A stretch of 64,000 bases of DNA from Octopus vulgaris (Eukaryota). The notes beneath the pieces were generated by a model, which did not search any database, was not told the origin of the DNA, and saw only the letters and a program-made list of their open reading frames with translations. Every line of letters begins with the position of its first letter. Within the stretch, counting starts at the first letter, position 1. A program made the translations under genes and the position numbers. Location: assembly GCA_951406725.2 (NCBI GenBank), contig OX597815.1:37262001-37326000 (forward strand), read 5' to 3'. This document shows positions 1 to 17,220 of this stretch, in pieces.

Positions 1-158
1 GGTTAAGATCAAACAACTTACAAGCAAATCTGTGGTATTGAGCAGAATAGTTGCTGTAGCTCATCTTTTATACCAAGACGAAACAATGTACATGATAACA
101 CTTCCAATCAGTTAAGATCAGAAGCCATGAGAGCCACTGCCTGGTAGTGCATCAGGGC

Positions 159-163
<5 letters not shown>
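1..163 (-). mobile_element. 5' part of the (AAT)n-embedded ~555 bp element, cut by the window edge
   Basis: Reverse complement matches 22398-22560 and 29603-29765 (aatgccctgatgca..ccaggcagtggctctcatggcttctgatcttaactgattgg); abuts (ATT)n. Confidence 0.85.
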
Positions 164-444
<281 letters not shown>

Positions 445-859
445 TTTACTCTTTTGGCATGCTGAATTTTTAATATTTGAATCAATGTGTCTAATTGAAT
501 TGAATTTCGTAGAAACTTATTTCACTAGATACTGTTGTTTCGCGGTATAAATGCTACAGCAGAGTGACGTGTGGAATGATGTATTAAGCAAAGCGTTGCG
601 AATCACAGTAATCTTATGCAATTCAATCCAAGCTGGCTGACTTGTATCGTGAACAAATATTGTGAACAAATTCTGTTACTTATGTAGAATCCGTTGAATT
701 GCGTGCAATGGATTTAATGCGGGATATATTTATGTACATATCTGTATTGCGGATGAAGAAGCTGGCCAGCGTGCAAAGGCTTTGCCGTTGGAAACGGCTT
801 CTTCGCTTAGATATTTCCACATGGAAGGTCATGAGTGGGTTAGCTGTATAACGAACACC

Positions 860-1219
860 TTCTTTCGAACTGCCTTGCAGAAAGCAGCAGATTATTGTCC
901 TTAAAGTGCATTAGATTCTGGAAACTCATTTTGGAGGAGTTACGTTCTTTGTTGGATTTTGAGTACTTGAAGGTTAGTGGAAACGGATGCTGGATATCTT
1001 TTTTAGACTTATGAGGTGTAGATTGTCTATTCTTCTTATTCTCTGCAAGTATGCTAGTACCCGGCCTTGCCTCTCTTAAGAAGATCTGGTCTGTACTCAA
1101 GGAACAAATCTTTGTGTGTGGCTTACTTGTAAAATCTGGTATTGATATCATTTCCTTGCGATTTGAGTAGGAAGGTCAACTTGAGGAGAAAGAGGGAGAG
1201 GGGAGAGGGAGGGGATTTT

Positions 1220-1253
<34 letters not shown>

Positions 1254-1610
1254 GGGACATGGGAAACAAAGAGAGAAGGAGGGGGAGACAGAGAAAGAGA
1301 GAGAGAGAGACAAATCCTGTATCATGTAAGTGTTCATTGCTGAACTTTAAGTGGCCATTCATGCTCTCAAATGGTTTCAGATGTTGAGTTAGCTCTTCAA
1401 AGTGAGAGGAGTAGGTGAGTATATCATCTACATATCAGGTGAAGAAGGCACAAAAGACGTAGATATCGAGTGTTCGGCGGTCAAATCTATTTATATAAGC
1501 GATGAGATGGTCAGTAAGCTCGACACTCTGTATCTTCAAGTAGGCTTGACAATCCTTTTGTACGTCCGGTTGATGAAATTGAAATAGGTATTGTCAAATG
1601 TGATACAAAG
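860..1610 (-). pseudogene. Decayed Penelope-like reverse transcriptase fragment interrupted by GA/GATA repeats
   Basis: Minus-strand peptides FDNTYFNFINRTYK, YVDDI, MNGHLKFSNE and INTRFYK*ATHKDLFL occur in PLE RT motif order, with stops and frameshifts. Confidence 0.55.
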
Positions 1611-1840
1611 ATGCTTATGGATGTCAAATTTAGTGCGGCTGAAAGTAAAGCTTTGAAGTGATGATGTATTCACTAGGGAGATTGACAGGTTGAAATAGCA
1701 ACTGAATATATGGAATACATCGAAAAGAATATACACAAGAAGCACATATAGAATACTAGAATATAACTGGGAAATGCATGAATTATGCATACATAACACA
1801 TGTAAAAACTAAAATGCAATGCTATATAAAAATGTACAGC

Positions 1841-1883
<43 letters not shown>

Positions 1884-3924
1884 TATAAATATATATATGT
1901 AATTTTTTTACCTATCTATCTATCTATAGTATATATACATAGTGTGTGTATAAACGTGTGTGTTTGTATGTGTACGTGTTTTTGTATGCATATATGTAAG
2001 TATTATGTGTACGTGAGTGCGTGTGTGAGAGAGAGTGTGTGTATGAGAGAGAGAGAGAGAGATAGAGAGAGAGTGTGTGTATCTTGTGGTATCTGGTAAT
2101 AGTAAATTCGCTCAAAGTTTCCATGATATGTTAAACAACCATATTTGAAGCAACATTTGAATTAATCAAGCAATAGTTGGAGAGTTCCAGAAATAGGATT
2201 TCTAGTTTGAGGTACCAAATTTTGACAACATTTCGTTTATCCCTCTTTTGATAGTAAGGACGTAAACTTTCACTCCCGTCACATTATGCTCTGTTATTAC
2301 AAGAAGATTATTAGCGCGATATAACCAGAAAATTATCCACTATGTATAGAGTAGTTGCATCAAGTAAAATACAGTGCAGAAATGGTTTCCAAAATCTAAC
2401 ATTTGTCATTTCAGCCTCTCGTGTGGAGACGAATTTGAGCCACCATCACGTGTCGCTGCTATAAATAAAATCCCATTTTTTCAGAGTTACATGACTAATG
2501 GCTGTATCTCTGACAGATTAAGGAACAGCACATACAAACTTTTAGCACTTTTGGCCTAGAAATATATAAATCCTCTAACTTAATTATTGTTGACTTTCTT
2601 TATATTACGCTAAATTTAGCATCTAACTTCACAAACCTTTTAAGAAACCACAATTTAAAACTCTCTTCTATTCACGTAGAATCAAGTTACCTCTTCATTA
2701 TCTGCAACAACCTGCTTTACAATTTCAACAATAGAATATCCACTCTTATTTCAAATACGAAAGTATTCCTTAAGGCAGCCACTTGCGACTATAAAATCTT
2801 ACGAGCCAGTGCTCTCCTAACCGAAAAATGAAAATGAGTTGTAATATTATGTTTCAAACACCGTTTTTCATTCAGTATGAAATCAAATATAAAAAACACT
2901 GTCTAACCATAAGAGAAAGTCATACATACACTTTCCTTATACGCGTTCCTCCTGATTTAAGATATAGTAATGTTTCAAAAGTCACAATCTCACAATTAGT
3001 TTTAGTTGCACCACGAACACTAAGAAGCATAATATCGATTTTGCTAACAAGCACGATAATACATGTTCGTACTGAAACCATAATAAATTCCCTCTTGACA
3101 AAACCGTTTCATGCAATTTATGAGGCAGGTGTAACCTCAACGGAAAAGAAACTCGAAGAAAGACATGTTACATAACACACAAAAAACTTAAAACTATGAC
3201 AATACTCTCTGATTTAAACATCGACAAATGAGAATACAAGAAAACTGGCCAACTGCATCGAAAGATTGAAAGAAAATGTTACGATATTAAATGGAAAAAT
3301 CTTCGAAATATACAAAATCACTGAAGGTGAAGGTAAAAGATAACACCGTTGCACGTTGGAGGGTTGATTCTATAAAATTTGCATAAACAAGGCTTTTACT
3401 TAAATAATAGATCAGGAAATGCTCACACTTTCAAAGCGCCTATTACGTCCCTGGAAACTATGCATTTCACCTGACAAAAATCACATAATGGCACAGATAC
3501 CTGACATTGCTTCACCTCACATGCATTTCGATTTCCATCTTCCTCCCGAACATTTGCTTAATTTGTTTTTACATCCATGTGGTTTTCATTCATTTCCACT
3601 CCCATGGCGGTGCTACATTTCCTTTAAACAAATTTACTTTGAACTTCAATCATTTTACAAAGTTTGCACTCGCAACTTTCATACCACTCTTGAAGAGGAA
3701 CGACTAAGTTTTACCGGGCAATTAGTCATTCGCCTTGAGGGAATGTGACGTGTTAAAAAAATATGTCTACCCCAAAATTTTGTTTGTTATATGGCAATAA
3801 ACATGGTGTGAAGATCGTGACGCGAAACCAATAAGCAGTTTGATATTTATAATGATTTATAAATACAAATACTTTAGTGTAAATCTATGTATCGAGTGCA
3901 GAATATTTTCTCTATCCTCTCTCT

Positions 3925-6594
<2,670 letters not shown>

Positions 6595-6688
6595 TATGTA
6601 TATATATATATATATATGTACATATGTATATATATATGTGTGTGTATACATACATATATGTATTTGTATATATCTATCTATCTATCTA

Positions 6689-6764
<76 letters not shown>

Positions 6765-6935
6765 TTAATATATGAGGGAATAAAATCCAAAACTTACAAG
6801 GAAAAAAATTCAATTTAGAAATACTAAATCAAATTTCACACAATATAATATATATATGTATTACAAATTAGAAAAAAACCCCACCTTTTATCAATTCAAA
6901 ATGAACAATTAAATTACACCATATATATATTTCTA

Positions 6936-7190
6936 TAAGCAACAGACTACGCTGATGAGCTTGCAGATATTTACATTCGTAAATATTAACAATCAAAACT
7001 ATTGGTACGTAGGTAATTGTTTTTTTTTTTTTGTTTCGTATATTTTCTTCTGTCTTGCTCATTTATACATTCTGGCGTTTTGCTGAATTTTTTTCTTGAG
7101 AACATACTTTTCGTAGTAAGGCGATTTGACGTCTATCTTTAGCATATTAGGAGTCCACCTTGGTGATCATTCCTCTTAATTTTGTATGTA
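6936..7190 (+). mobile_element. Partial copy of hammerhead-bearing repeat family A (pLTR/retrozyme-like)
   Basis: Direct repeat of 7466-7705; homologous to 42108-42362. Confidence 0.7.
6947..7012 (+). ncRNA. Type I hammerhead motif, family A, GAAA mutated
   Basis: ctacg-CTGATGA-gcttg..(atatttac/gtaaatat)..caatc-AAAA-ctattgg-TA-cgtag. Confidence 0.55.
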
Positions 7191-7289
7191 ATATAATTTT
7201 TAATCTTCGGATTTTTTAAAACATGCTAAACCACTGGTTTTAATTGATTAATATCAATTTCTACACTCATAGTTTAATTTTTAAATAAC

Positions 7290-7705
7290 TATATTCTCTG
7301 ACCGGTAAATTAGCTGCAGAAATTTATTAACTGCAGAGTTATTTCCAGCCTCAGTGCGTCAAAATGAAGACACTTGAAAAATACCCCCAAATATAATTTG
7401 CAGAACTTTATACATACTCTCTTTTGAGTGAGTGTTCTGTGTCTAGTTCTGGAAATTGTGTTTTGTAAGCAACAGACTACGCTGATGAGCTTTCAGATAT
7501 TTAGATTCGTAAATATTAACAAGTGAAACCATTGGTACGTAGGTAATTATTTATTATTTCATATATTTTCATTTGTCTTGCTCATTTTTACATTTTGGCG
7601 TTTTGCTGAAATTTTTCTTGAGAGCACACTCTTCGTGGTAAGGCGATTTGACGTCTATTTTTAGCATATTAAGAGGAATGACCACCAAGTCATTTAATTT
7701 TGTAT
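7290..7705 (+). mobile_element. Family A repeat, longer copy
   Basis: Colinear with 41933-42362. Confidence 0.75.
7477..7542 (+). ncRNA. Minimal type I hammerhead ribozyme, family A, intact core
   Basis: Stem I ctacg/cgtag, CTGATGA, stem II gctt/aagt with extended hairpin, GAAA, stem III cc-att-gg, GUA cleavage triplet. Confidence 0.78.
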
Positions 7706-7730
7706 GTATATAAATATATATATTTGTAAA

Positions 7731-7782
<52 letters not shown>

Positions 7783-7788
<6 letters not shown>

Positions 7789-7945
7789 GAAATGAGGTAA
7801 TCAGAAGATCGGATGGTTCATATTTATAGATATTTATTTATATATTACATTGTTTACATATATATATCATATCATTCAGATTATTAGCGCTTTCTCCCAT
7901 TCTAGTGGGGTTTTCAAATCAAATTAATTCCTTTGTGGGGAATTT
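7783..7945 (+). repeat. Dispersed repeat shared with 45738-45900 (+) and 51960-52085 (-)
   Basis: ttagaagaaatgaggta..cagaa..tcggatgg...tagcgcttt..cccattctagtggggttttcaaatc. Confidence 0.75.
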
Positions 7946-8582
7946 AATCATTTATATATATATATGTATGTATATTTATATAGGTGTGAGTGTGTGTGCG
8001 TGTGTGTGTACATATGTAGGTAAGTATAAAGGTAACCTAAATATGGGTATCTGTCTATGTATGTATATGAGTAACCTAAATACAGGAATGGAGATCATAC
8101 AATACATATCAAAACGCAATCTCGTTTAAGGTACAGGTGACCATCATAGTATAGAGGTTATAGATAGTGTTAAAAATCAGTCTGATTTATTAGGGACAGA
8201 GGACTTACATAAAAATATGTATTCACACAATGATAGTTGCAAGAAGTTGTAGAAATTGGTCAGACACACAGGTATATATTCACACGCACGCGCACGCAGA
8301 TACACACACACACACATACACATATACACACACACATCACATGCATACTATCGCAGATTTTTGCGAAAAGATACAAACATCTTTGAGAAACATGTGTGAA
8401 TCAAAAGCCGGAACTGAAATACTCTTAGCAAAAATATATGACGATTGAGGAAATATTCCTTAAAATATTGCGAACAAAAATTCGGAAATAAACGTGTTAA
8501 ATAATATAAGTAACCTACCTCTAAGTGTGGGCCAGTATATCAAGGTACATGACTTAGCACAGAATTATCTCCATGCCTAACT

Positions 8583-8596
8583 GTGTGTATACATAT

Positions 8597-8661
<65 letters not shown>

Positions 8662-8745
8662 GACACATAGTCACATATTTAAAAAATTATACAATGACAA
8701 TAGTTTGGGATTGTATATGGATAAAAGAACACACACGCACGTACT

Positions 8746-8805
<60 letters not shown>

Positions 8806-9198
8806 AACCTACATCCATGCACGTGTTTGTATGAATGTGCGTGTGTTTGTTTCCGATATACGTATAGTGAGAGGTTAAATCATTTGATAAATACACATTT
8901 TCTATTTGATAATCATTAAATATGGTTCGGTAGGCAAGTTCCTAATGAAATTTAAAAAACGCTTTTCTAAATAAAGAAGCACTTCTTACAAACGACTCTG
9001 TGAAACTCATATTATGTTGCACTGGTTCACCACTCGTGATTCATATATTCTGATAGCAGAAACAGCTGTGAGCTCATGAAGTTACTACATTAGTTTCTGT
9101 GCTGTTGTTATCCACTTATTACACACACACACACACACACGCACACGCGCTCACATGCACTTCTGTATCTCTGTGTGCGTTTGTGTGTGTATACATAT

Positions 9199-9251
<53 letters not shown>

Positions 9252-9335
9252 GACACATAGTCACATATTTAAAAAATTATACAATGACAATAGTTTGTGT
9301 TTGTATATGGATAAAAGAACACACACGCACGTACT

Positions 9336-9398
<63 letters not shown>

Positions 9399-9560
9399 CG
9401 TGTGTGTGTGTGTGTAACCTACATCCATGCACGTGTTTGTATGAATGTGCGTGTGTTTGTTTCCGATATACGTATAGTGAGAGGTTAAATCATTTGAGAA
9501 ATACACATTTTCTATTTGATAATCATTAAATATGGTTCGGTAGGCAAGTTCCTAATGAAA
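8583..9560. repeat. Near-identical ~377 bp direct repeats (8583-8950 and 9184-9560) around a ~230 bp spacer
   Basis: The same unique sequence occurs twice and differs mainly in TA/TG lengths. Confidence 0.9.
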
Positions 9561-9983
9561 GTTTTGGATACGGGTTTTTAAGTGTTTAAAGATAAAACAA
9601 ACGTTTTCATTTTCCTTTATTTACGATGTGTCGCCAGGGTATTGCGCTATTCCCGACATATTGTATTAATAATGCTGGTTCGCAAAGTGCTGCTTAATGC
9701 TGTCGTATACACATTAATGCGCGAAAATATTGTCGTATATATGCAAATATGTGTATCGATACAATTATACCTGTACAGCAGTTATGACATCCCAACCTTG
9801 TCTATACACAAACATATATATCAACAATCAACATTCATGTGTGTGTATGTGTGTGTGTGTACATATACACGCACATGTGAATATGTATGGATTCTCTCAC
9901 AAGCACATACATAAATAAGCATATCCACGCATAAATACACATTGAACTGCATACACATACACTTATACATAAATATATACATG

Positions 9984-10041
<58 letters not shown>

Positions 10042-10172
10042 GTGAAATAGAAAGATGAATAATCTTGTTGCAGATTAATCAAAAGTTTAACCGATACCTT
10101 GGTAGCAAAAATCACAGCAGAAGACGGCACGGTTGGAGGTACAACCATATGGTGTTGGATAATTGAATTTTA

Positions 10173-10426
<254 letters not shown>

Positions 10427-10439
10427 ATATGTATGTATG

Positions 10440-10479
<40 letters not shown>

Positions 10480-10575
10480 TACACACACATACATGCATAT
10501 ATAGAGACATATTTGAGGGAGAGTAAAAAGTTATCCTCACTTTTGCCATAACATATCTTTATTATTGCCACACTA

Positions 10576-10963
10576 CTTTCTAGCTTTACAGTGTAAGCAT
10601 GGTCGCCGCACTAGAAATGCGCATTGAAGAATAACAAAGAACACTGATCCGAGAGATGATAATGGTGAACCGGTTCATCATTACCATATCTCGAGCTTGC
10701 TGAATCTTCTCGCCAATGGTGGAGGTTAACGAGCGTCCTTCTCCCACTTATGTGTGTTGCGCATAAGCCACTTTTAAACTTATCGATCCTCTCATATACA
10801 CACCTATCCGGTAGTGCGCTGTCTCCGTTTTGTCTTAAAAGATTGCGATGAATTTCAGCACCTCACACACCATCCGACCAGAGAAATCGAATCACTGCTC
10901 TTTGTTCTTCTTTGGTACACATTGCTAGGGGAGCGGCCAAGCTTACTCTGTAAAGCCAGAAAG
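10576..10963. mobile_element. Old MITE-like element with ~70 bp diverged terminal inverted repeats
   Basis: ctttctagctttacagtgtaagc...acaaagaacactgat versus atcactgctctttgt...gcttactctgtaaagccagaaag. Confidence 0.55.
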
Positions 10964-11143
10964 AAAAATGGCACGATCAGGCTAAAACTTATATATATAT
11001 ATAATTATATATATACCTACTACTACTACACACACACACATGAACCGTCATTTTTGCCTGTCCTTCTAATTGTTGTTTCTCTTGTCCGCCTTTGTGTAGT
11101 CTATCTGGTCGAACGTTTTAATGCCCTTTATTGCGTTTTTGTT

Positions 11144-11196
<53 letters not shown>

Positions 11197-11381
11197 TAAA
11201 TAAATGGTACAACAAGGTACCGATATTTCCTGGAAAATAGCGATCGTAATAAATACGACGCTATTGTATAGCTTCACTGCGTATATATTAGCAAAGACGT
11301 GTGTGTGTGCAAACAAACATGAAAAAATTTGTCTTACCTCTAGGAAGAACATCTGAAAAATGGAAAACCTAGAATCGGATA

Positions 11382-11452
11382 ATGCAGGACCGGTTTCAGA
11401 CTCTTCAAATACGTTTGACAACGTAGATTTGATTTGTCTTCATCAGCTGCAT
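11382..11452 (-). ncRNA. Minimal type I hammerhead ribozyme, family B, intact core
   Basis: Minus strand: atgcag-CTGATGA-agac...gtct-GAAA-ccgg-TC-ctgcat. Confidence 0.82.
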
Positions 11453-11572
11453 ATACCTAGACAAAATTTCAAATGTTGCCACATCTATCCCAGTACACTC
11501 GTCTGAACGCCAAAACGTTAACATATATATATATATGTGTGTGTGTGTGTGCAGCGTGGCTTCATGATAAGA

Positions 11573-11735
11573 GGCAAACGTGGATGTGTGGCAAGAAGCT
11601 TGATTACCAGATACATGATTATGGGTTCAGTTCACTGCGTGACACCTTCAGCAAGTGTCTTCTTGTATTACGTCGCACCGATCAAAGCCTTGTCAGTGGA
11701 TTTGATAGATGGAAACTGAAAAAAGCCTGTCGTAT
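11573..11735 (+). mobile_element. Degenerate 5' half of tRNA-derived SINE family 1
   Basis: Similar to 50699-50862. Confidence 0.7.
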
Positions 11736-12229
11736 ATGTCTGTGTGTGTGCGTGTGGTTGTGCCTGTGTGTGTGCGTGCGTGTGGATATTTATTTCATTT
11801 TTATGCTTACCTTTACTTATTTTATATTTGTCTATTATGTTTTTTGATACTTTTTGAATTTTTAGCCGTTTATATTTTTACATTTTTGATAGGCCGTTCT
11901 ATTTGTATTTTATTCGATTATTTTTATGTGGTTGTAAACCATGATGATTTTTATATATGATTAAATGTTTGAGGGATGATGTTGTACACAAAGTCGTGGA
12001 CCCAAATTTAATGTTTCTTCTATAACCAATACTTCTTTATCTTCTTCTCATTTATATTTGAGCACCTCTTTTGCAGTCCTATAAACCCTTTTGTTTCTAT
12101 TAGAAGAGACAAATATTATTTATTGTATACATTTATATATATGCATACGTACGTACATACACACTCTCACACACACGTATATGTGTGTGTATATATATGC
12201 ATTCACATACATAACCAATGAAAGCTGTA

Positions 12230-12530
12230 GTTTGTTCCTTCCCGAGCAACGCCTGGTTCATAAGCGCCGGATTCCCGGTTTCCTTGGCGTATAGGTTCCC
12301 CACCTGGACGGGACGCCGGTCCGCCGCAGGTGAGCTGTAAGATGCAGGAGGAAAGAGTGAGAGAAAGTTGTGGCGAAAGAGTCATCAGAAGTTCGCCATT
12401 ACCTTCTGCCGGAGCCGCGTGGAGCTTAGGTGTTTCGCTCATAAACACACACATCACCCGGTCTGAGATTCGAACCCGCGGTCGACAGACCGCGAGTCCG
12501 CTACTCTTACCACTAGACCATGTGCCTCCA
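12230..12530 (-). mobile_element. tRNA-derived SINE with a V-SINE-like central segment
   Basis: A box tggtctagtgg, B box ggttcgaatc, and gcggaccggcgtcccgtccaggtg; domain assignment is from memory. Confidence 0.7.
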
Positions 12531-12905
12531 CAACTGAACAGATTTATATTTATGCTCTCACATTATCTCAATATACGACAAAATATCTTTCAGCTGAGTT
12601 ACTCATCCACTAGTGAAAATACATAAATATTATCACACACACACAGAGACGTACATACATACAGACACATACACGCATACACACGCGTGCACGCACACAC
12701 ACTCACTCGCGTACACACAAATACACATACAAACAATATTACTCATAATAGCTCGTGTACAAACCTAAATACATATACGTATATACACATATATGCATAT
12801 ACATAATATACATGACGCTACAATAACACCCTTCAACATGCAATGTCCATTCAAACACATACACACATATGCACATACACATATACCTATATGCATGTAT
12901 ACCTT

Positions 12906-12976
<71 letters not shown>

Positions 12977-12997
12977 GTCCGTCTGTCTGTCTGTCTA

Positions 12998-13029
<32 letters not shown>

Positions 13030-13068
13030 TCTAGCCAGCTAGCTATGATACAAACTTAGGTAACGCAG

Positions 13069-13109
<41 letters not shown>

Positions 13110-13151
13110 GGCTGCGCGTATATTTACACGTATATATCTATGTATGCTGAC

Positions 13152-13460
13152 ACACCCTTCGGTCATGACTGACCATGGAATTCCACCTAGAAAGTTAACC
13201 TCCCAGGCGCAAGTCCGGGAAAGGTTGCTTATGGAAGACCAGCAGTTGCTCATGCATAACGACCTCTCCTCTTCACGCCACCAGTGTTATCCAAGGGGGG
13301 GGGGGCATCTGTGACGTCTCAACTCATTTCTATAGCTGAGTGAACTGGAGCAACCTAAAATAAAGTGTCTTGCTCAAGAACACAACACGCATCCCGGTCC
13401 GCGATTCGAACTCACAACCTCACGATCATAAGCTCGACGATCTAACCACTGAGCCATGTA
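13152..13460 (-). mobile_element. tRNA-derived SINE; related degenerate copy at 27820-28040
   Basis: A box tggctcagtgg, B box agttcgaatc, then ttcttgagcaagacactt. Confidence 0.7.
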
Positions 13461-13556
13461 TACATATAAAGATGAAACACAAAATAGAAGACTACATTAC
13501 ATTATATAAATATATATATATGCTATGTACATACATATATGAGCGCTCTCTCTATC

Positions 13557-13606
<50 letters not shown>

Positions 13607-13726
13607 AAAATTGAGGGAGATAAATTAATATTAATTTTAATATCAATTTAAAACCAGTAGTCCAGCATTCAAAAAATCTGAGGAGTCAGAGAAAATTCAA
13701 ATATATGTGTATATTGGCAGGGCTGG

Positions 13727-13796
<70 letters not shown>

Positions 13797-13879
13797 CACA
13801 TATATACATATAATATATAAATATATGCATATATACATACATATATGTACATAGCTACATACATATGTAGACATACATG

Positions 13880-14140
13880 CATATATGGGTATAGGACATG
13901 GAAGAAACGTTGAACACAATGAGAAACGAAAACATAAAAACAAAAACATAGAAAACGAACATTTTTTGGAACATCGAAAAAAACAAACAGAGAAACGAAA
14001 CATGCAACATAAAAAATATTCCCTTCATCAGTTGTCCCTGTTTCATTTACCCCGCGGTCCGAAGCAAGGACAATACGCGACTTCGTTGAAACAGTTCTTC
14101 CCGCAAAGCAAATTAAATAAAATTTGGGATTTTTTTACGG
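13880..14140 (-). repeat. Dispersed repeat, diverged homologue of 58260-58510 (+)
   Basis: aaaatcccaaatttta..taatttgctttg.ggga and downstream T-rich segment shared. Confidence 0.55.
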
Positions 14141-14889
14141 AGGGTGAAAGTAGTAACAAGAACAGGGCAGTGAGAACAAGACAGTAAAAACAAAGCCAAG
14201 ACGATAGAAAATTATTATGAACGCTAGGAAGACGAGATTATGAGAGAAGACAGGTATAAGTACGTGTTGTCTTGAGGAAGGAAATGGGAAGGAAGATAGA
14301 TTCCCTTTCGTCGGCTGGTGTACCCAGTAATTCCCGGGGGTAAAGATGTCCTATTGAAACACCATATTACTCTGATATAAGAAAGCAATTTCATTATAAC
14401 TGCCACAAAAGATGTATTTTTCGTGACGAAAAAGTACAAAAAACTGTCAGCTAGAGAAGGGAAACATTGTTGGAGGTTGGCGAGAAAGATTGTCGGAGGC
14501 TGGTGAGTGAGATTGTCGCAGGTTGGCCAGAGGCAACGATATTATTCTGCTTAGTGAAGTTATCTGGGAAATGTATAACTGCTGTCATTCGCAGAAAAAC
14601 TATTGTTTTACTGTGAGAAAGGCGCTGTTGAAGTGCTAAGTGAAATTAGGCAATCGAGGATCGAATCCACGCTATGCCTGCATGAAGCCACTACAAATAC
14701 GTTGTGGAATAAAAAAAAATATCTACTGTCATGGAAAACGTGTAAAAATGCAGAATTATCGGAGTAATGGCCATTCAAAAAAGTATGTATAGAAATGTTT
14801 AGCAGTTCAAAACTGTGAGTAGTGAAATGCAGAATTAGGTCGGCTGATCGTGAGAATCAAATATTCATCTCTTTGATAAAATTTGCAGG

Positions 14890-15405
14890 TGGTATGGGTT
14901 ATTTCCCTAAGGATCTTTAAATAAAATATTAGTAATATGTAGTAGATAGAAGGATCCATTGGAGGGGCCCTATTATCGATTTTTTCAACAATCCAAGTAT
15001 GTCACGAAGTTTCCAGACGAGTTCTGCTCACGTGTCAAATAAAGTATAAAAGGGATATTGTCTGCAAAAGTTAGAAATTGGACACACAAATATCAATATT
15101 CAAAGTAATCGACCATAAACAATGAAATGGGTTATTTCCTTTGAGTGTTTAAAAAAATATATTATACAAGTAGTATGGATTATTTCCCTTAGGTGTTTAA
15201 AAAATTTAGTTATATGAGGTAAATAGAAAGGTCCCTTCCAGGAGCTGTATTATGGATTTTTAAACAATCTAAGTATGCCACGAGGTTTCCAGATGAGTTC
15301 TACTCACGTATCAAGTTTCATCAAAATCAATAAAAACGATGTGGGAGGACATAGCTAACAACGCCACAAAGAAATACACACCGATTTTTCACATATGTAG
15401 TATAT
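14890..15405. mobile_element. Old non-autonomous element with ~140 bp internal diverged duplication, possibly Helitron-related
   Basis: 14893-15040 resembles 15175-15315; contains aagtttcatcaaaatc. Confidence 0.4.
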
Positions 15406-16746
15406 ATATATATATATATATCATTATACAAATTATATATTCAAAGGAACAGATTTCAAATGCTGCCAGTTTTTGCGGGGTTAATGCTGTTTAGAGAGAG
15501 AGAGAGATATCATATGAATCCAAATTCAGGGAAAAGGATGAAATTGGGGTGTTTTTTGCTCTTTTGTTCTGATCTCATGTATATTTCATGTTTTCATTTA
15601 ACTGCCTCATGTGATCGATGTATTCCATTCCATTTGATTTCATTGTATTGTTTGATTTCTTATTCTTCTATCCTTGTGCACTTTACCATTTATTTTTATG
15701 GTTTTATTACTTATACGGGAAGCAGTCTTTGATTCTATCTCAGTTCATTACTGAGACGGATGGTATACCACGCAAATTAATTATTACGAAATACGCAGAA
15801 CAGCAAGTAAAAAACGCGTTAATTTTTTAGGAATCGACGGAGGTGACGTATCTTCATCTAAAATGCATGACAATTGATTGTACAGCGTCTCACCTGCAAT
15901 ATACGTGTATGTGTGTGTGTGTGAATGAGGAATTGAAATGATGAATTGTAACGATCATAGTGTTCCTGAATAAAGACTCTCGTGAATTCTATTTCCTGCC
16001 TCACATCTCTTTATAGAAACTCATACGGATACAAAAGAAATCCTGAAGTAAACCCAGTCGTATACACCTCCATACTGTTGTTGACATGAAGTAGTCGAAT
16101 ACTGCAGACAGGCTTGAAGCAACATTCTACTAGGTGTATATCTGCATATAAAATTATACATATATACTAGCTTAAAATACGAACTCCGTGCTGTCATTTA
16201 AGCTAACTCCTGCGAGGGCTAACGCGTCTGCAGACCAACAGTAAAGAGAGCTAAATAACATGAATATAATACGTCTATAATGACTATATTTCCCAGTGGT
16301 GTTCGATCAGAGATTAACGACGGATGAGAATTTATTCTTTAATACAGTCGTTCTATCGCTCCAGTGCCAAGTTGAAGTCAAATGTTGGCCAATTTGTCCC
16401 AAAGTTCTTATCTTGACGTAAAGTTAACGAAGCAAATATCATTTATCACCCCCTTCATCTCTGACGTCATCTGACAAACGCCAACCAAAATAGCGTGAAT
16501 CAGACAGGATTCACCTGCTACAAAAATAACAATCTAAATGCTTTTGAATTAGATCCCAATGTTGGATATTCAAGAACCAAATGAAGGGCAGATTTTTAAT
16601 CCCAGGAGTATCCCGATTCCCATAAGGTATAATATGTCTATAGTAATAATTCTGTCTATGTGGGACCGCGTTTATTAATATATATATTTGTGTGTGTATG
16701 TGTGTGTTTATGTGTGTGTGTGTGTGTGTGTGTGAGTATGGTCCCC

Positions 16747-17160
<414 letters not shown>

Positions 17161-17185
17161 AGACACACAATAGACACACAAACAA

Positions 17186-17218
<33 letters not shown>

Positions 17219-17220
17219 CA

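Noticed and set aside
749-806. Hammerhead-like gcgga-TGAAGA...GAAA-cggc-ttc-ttcgc
   Set aside because: Core lacks C3 and stems II/III are poor
2600-3340. Possible decayed GIY-YIG domain (YEAGVTSTEKKLEERH)
   Set aside because: Similarity too weak to call without a profile search
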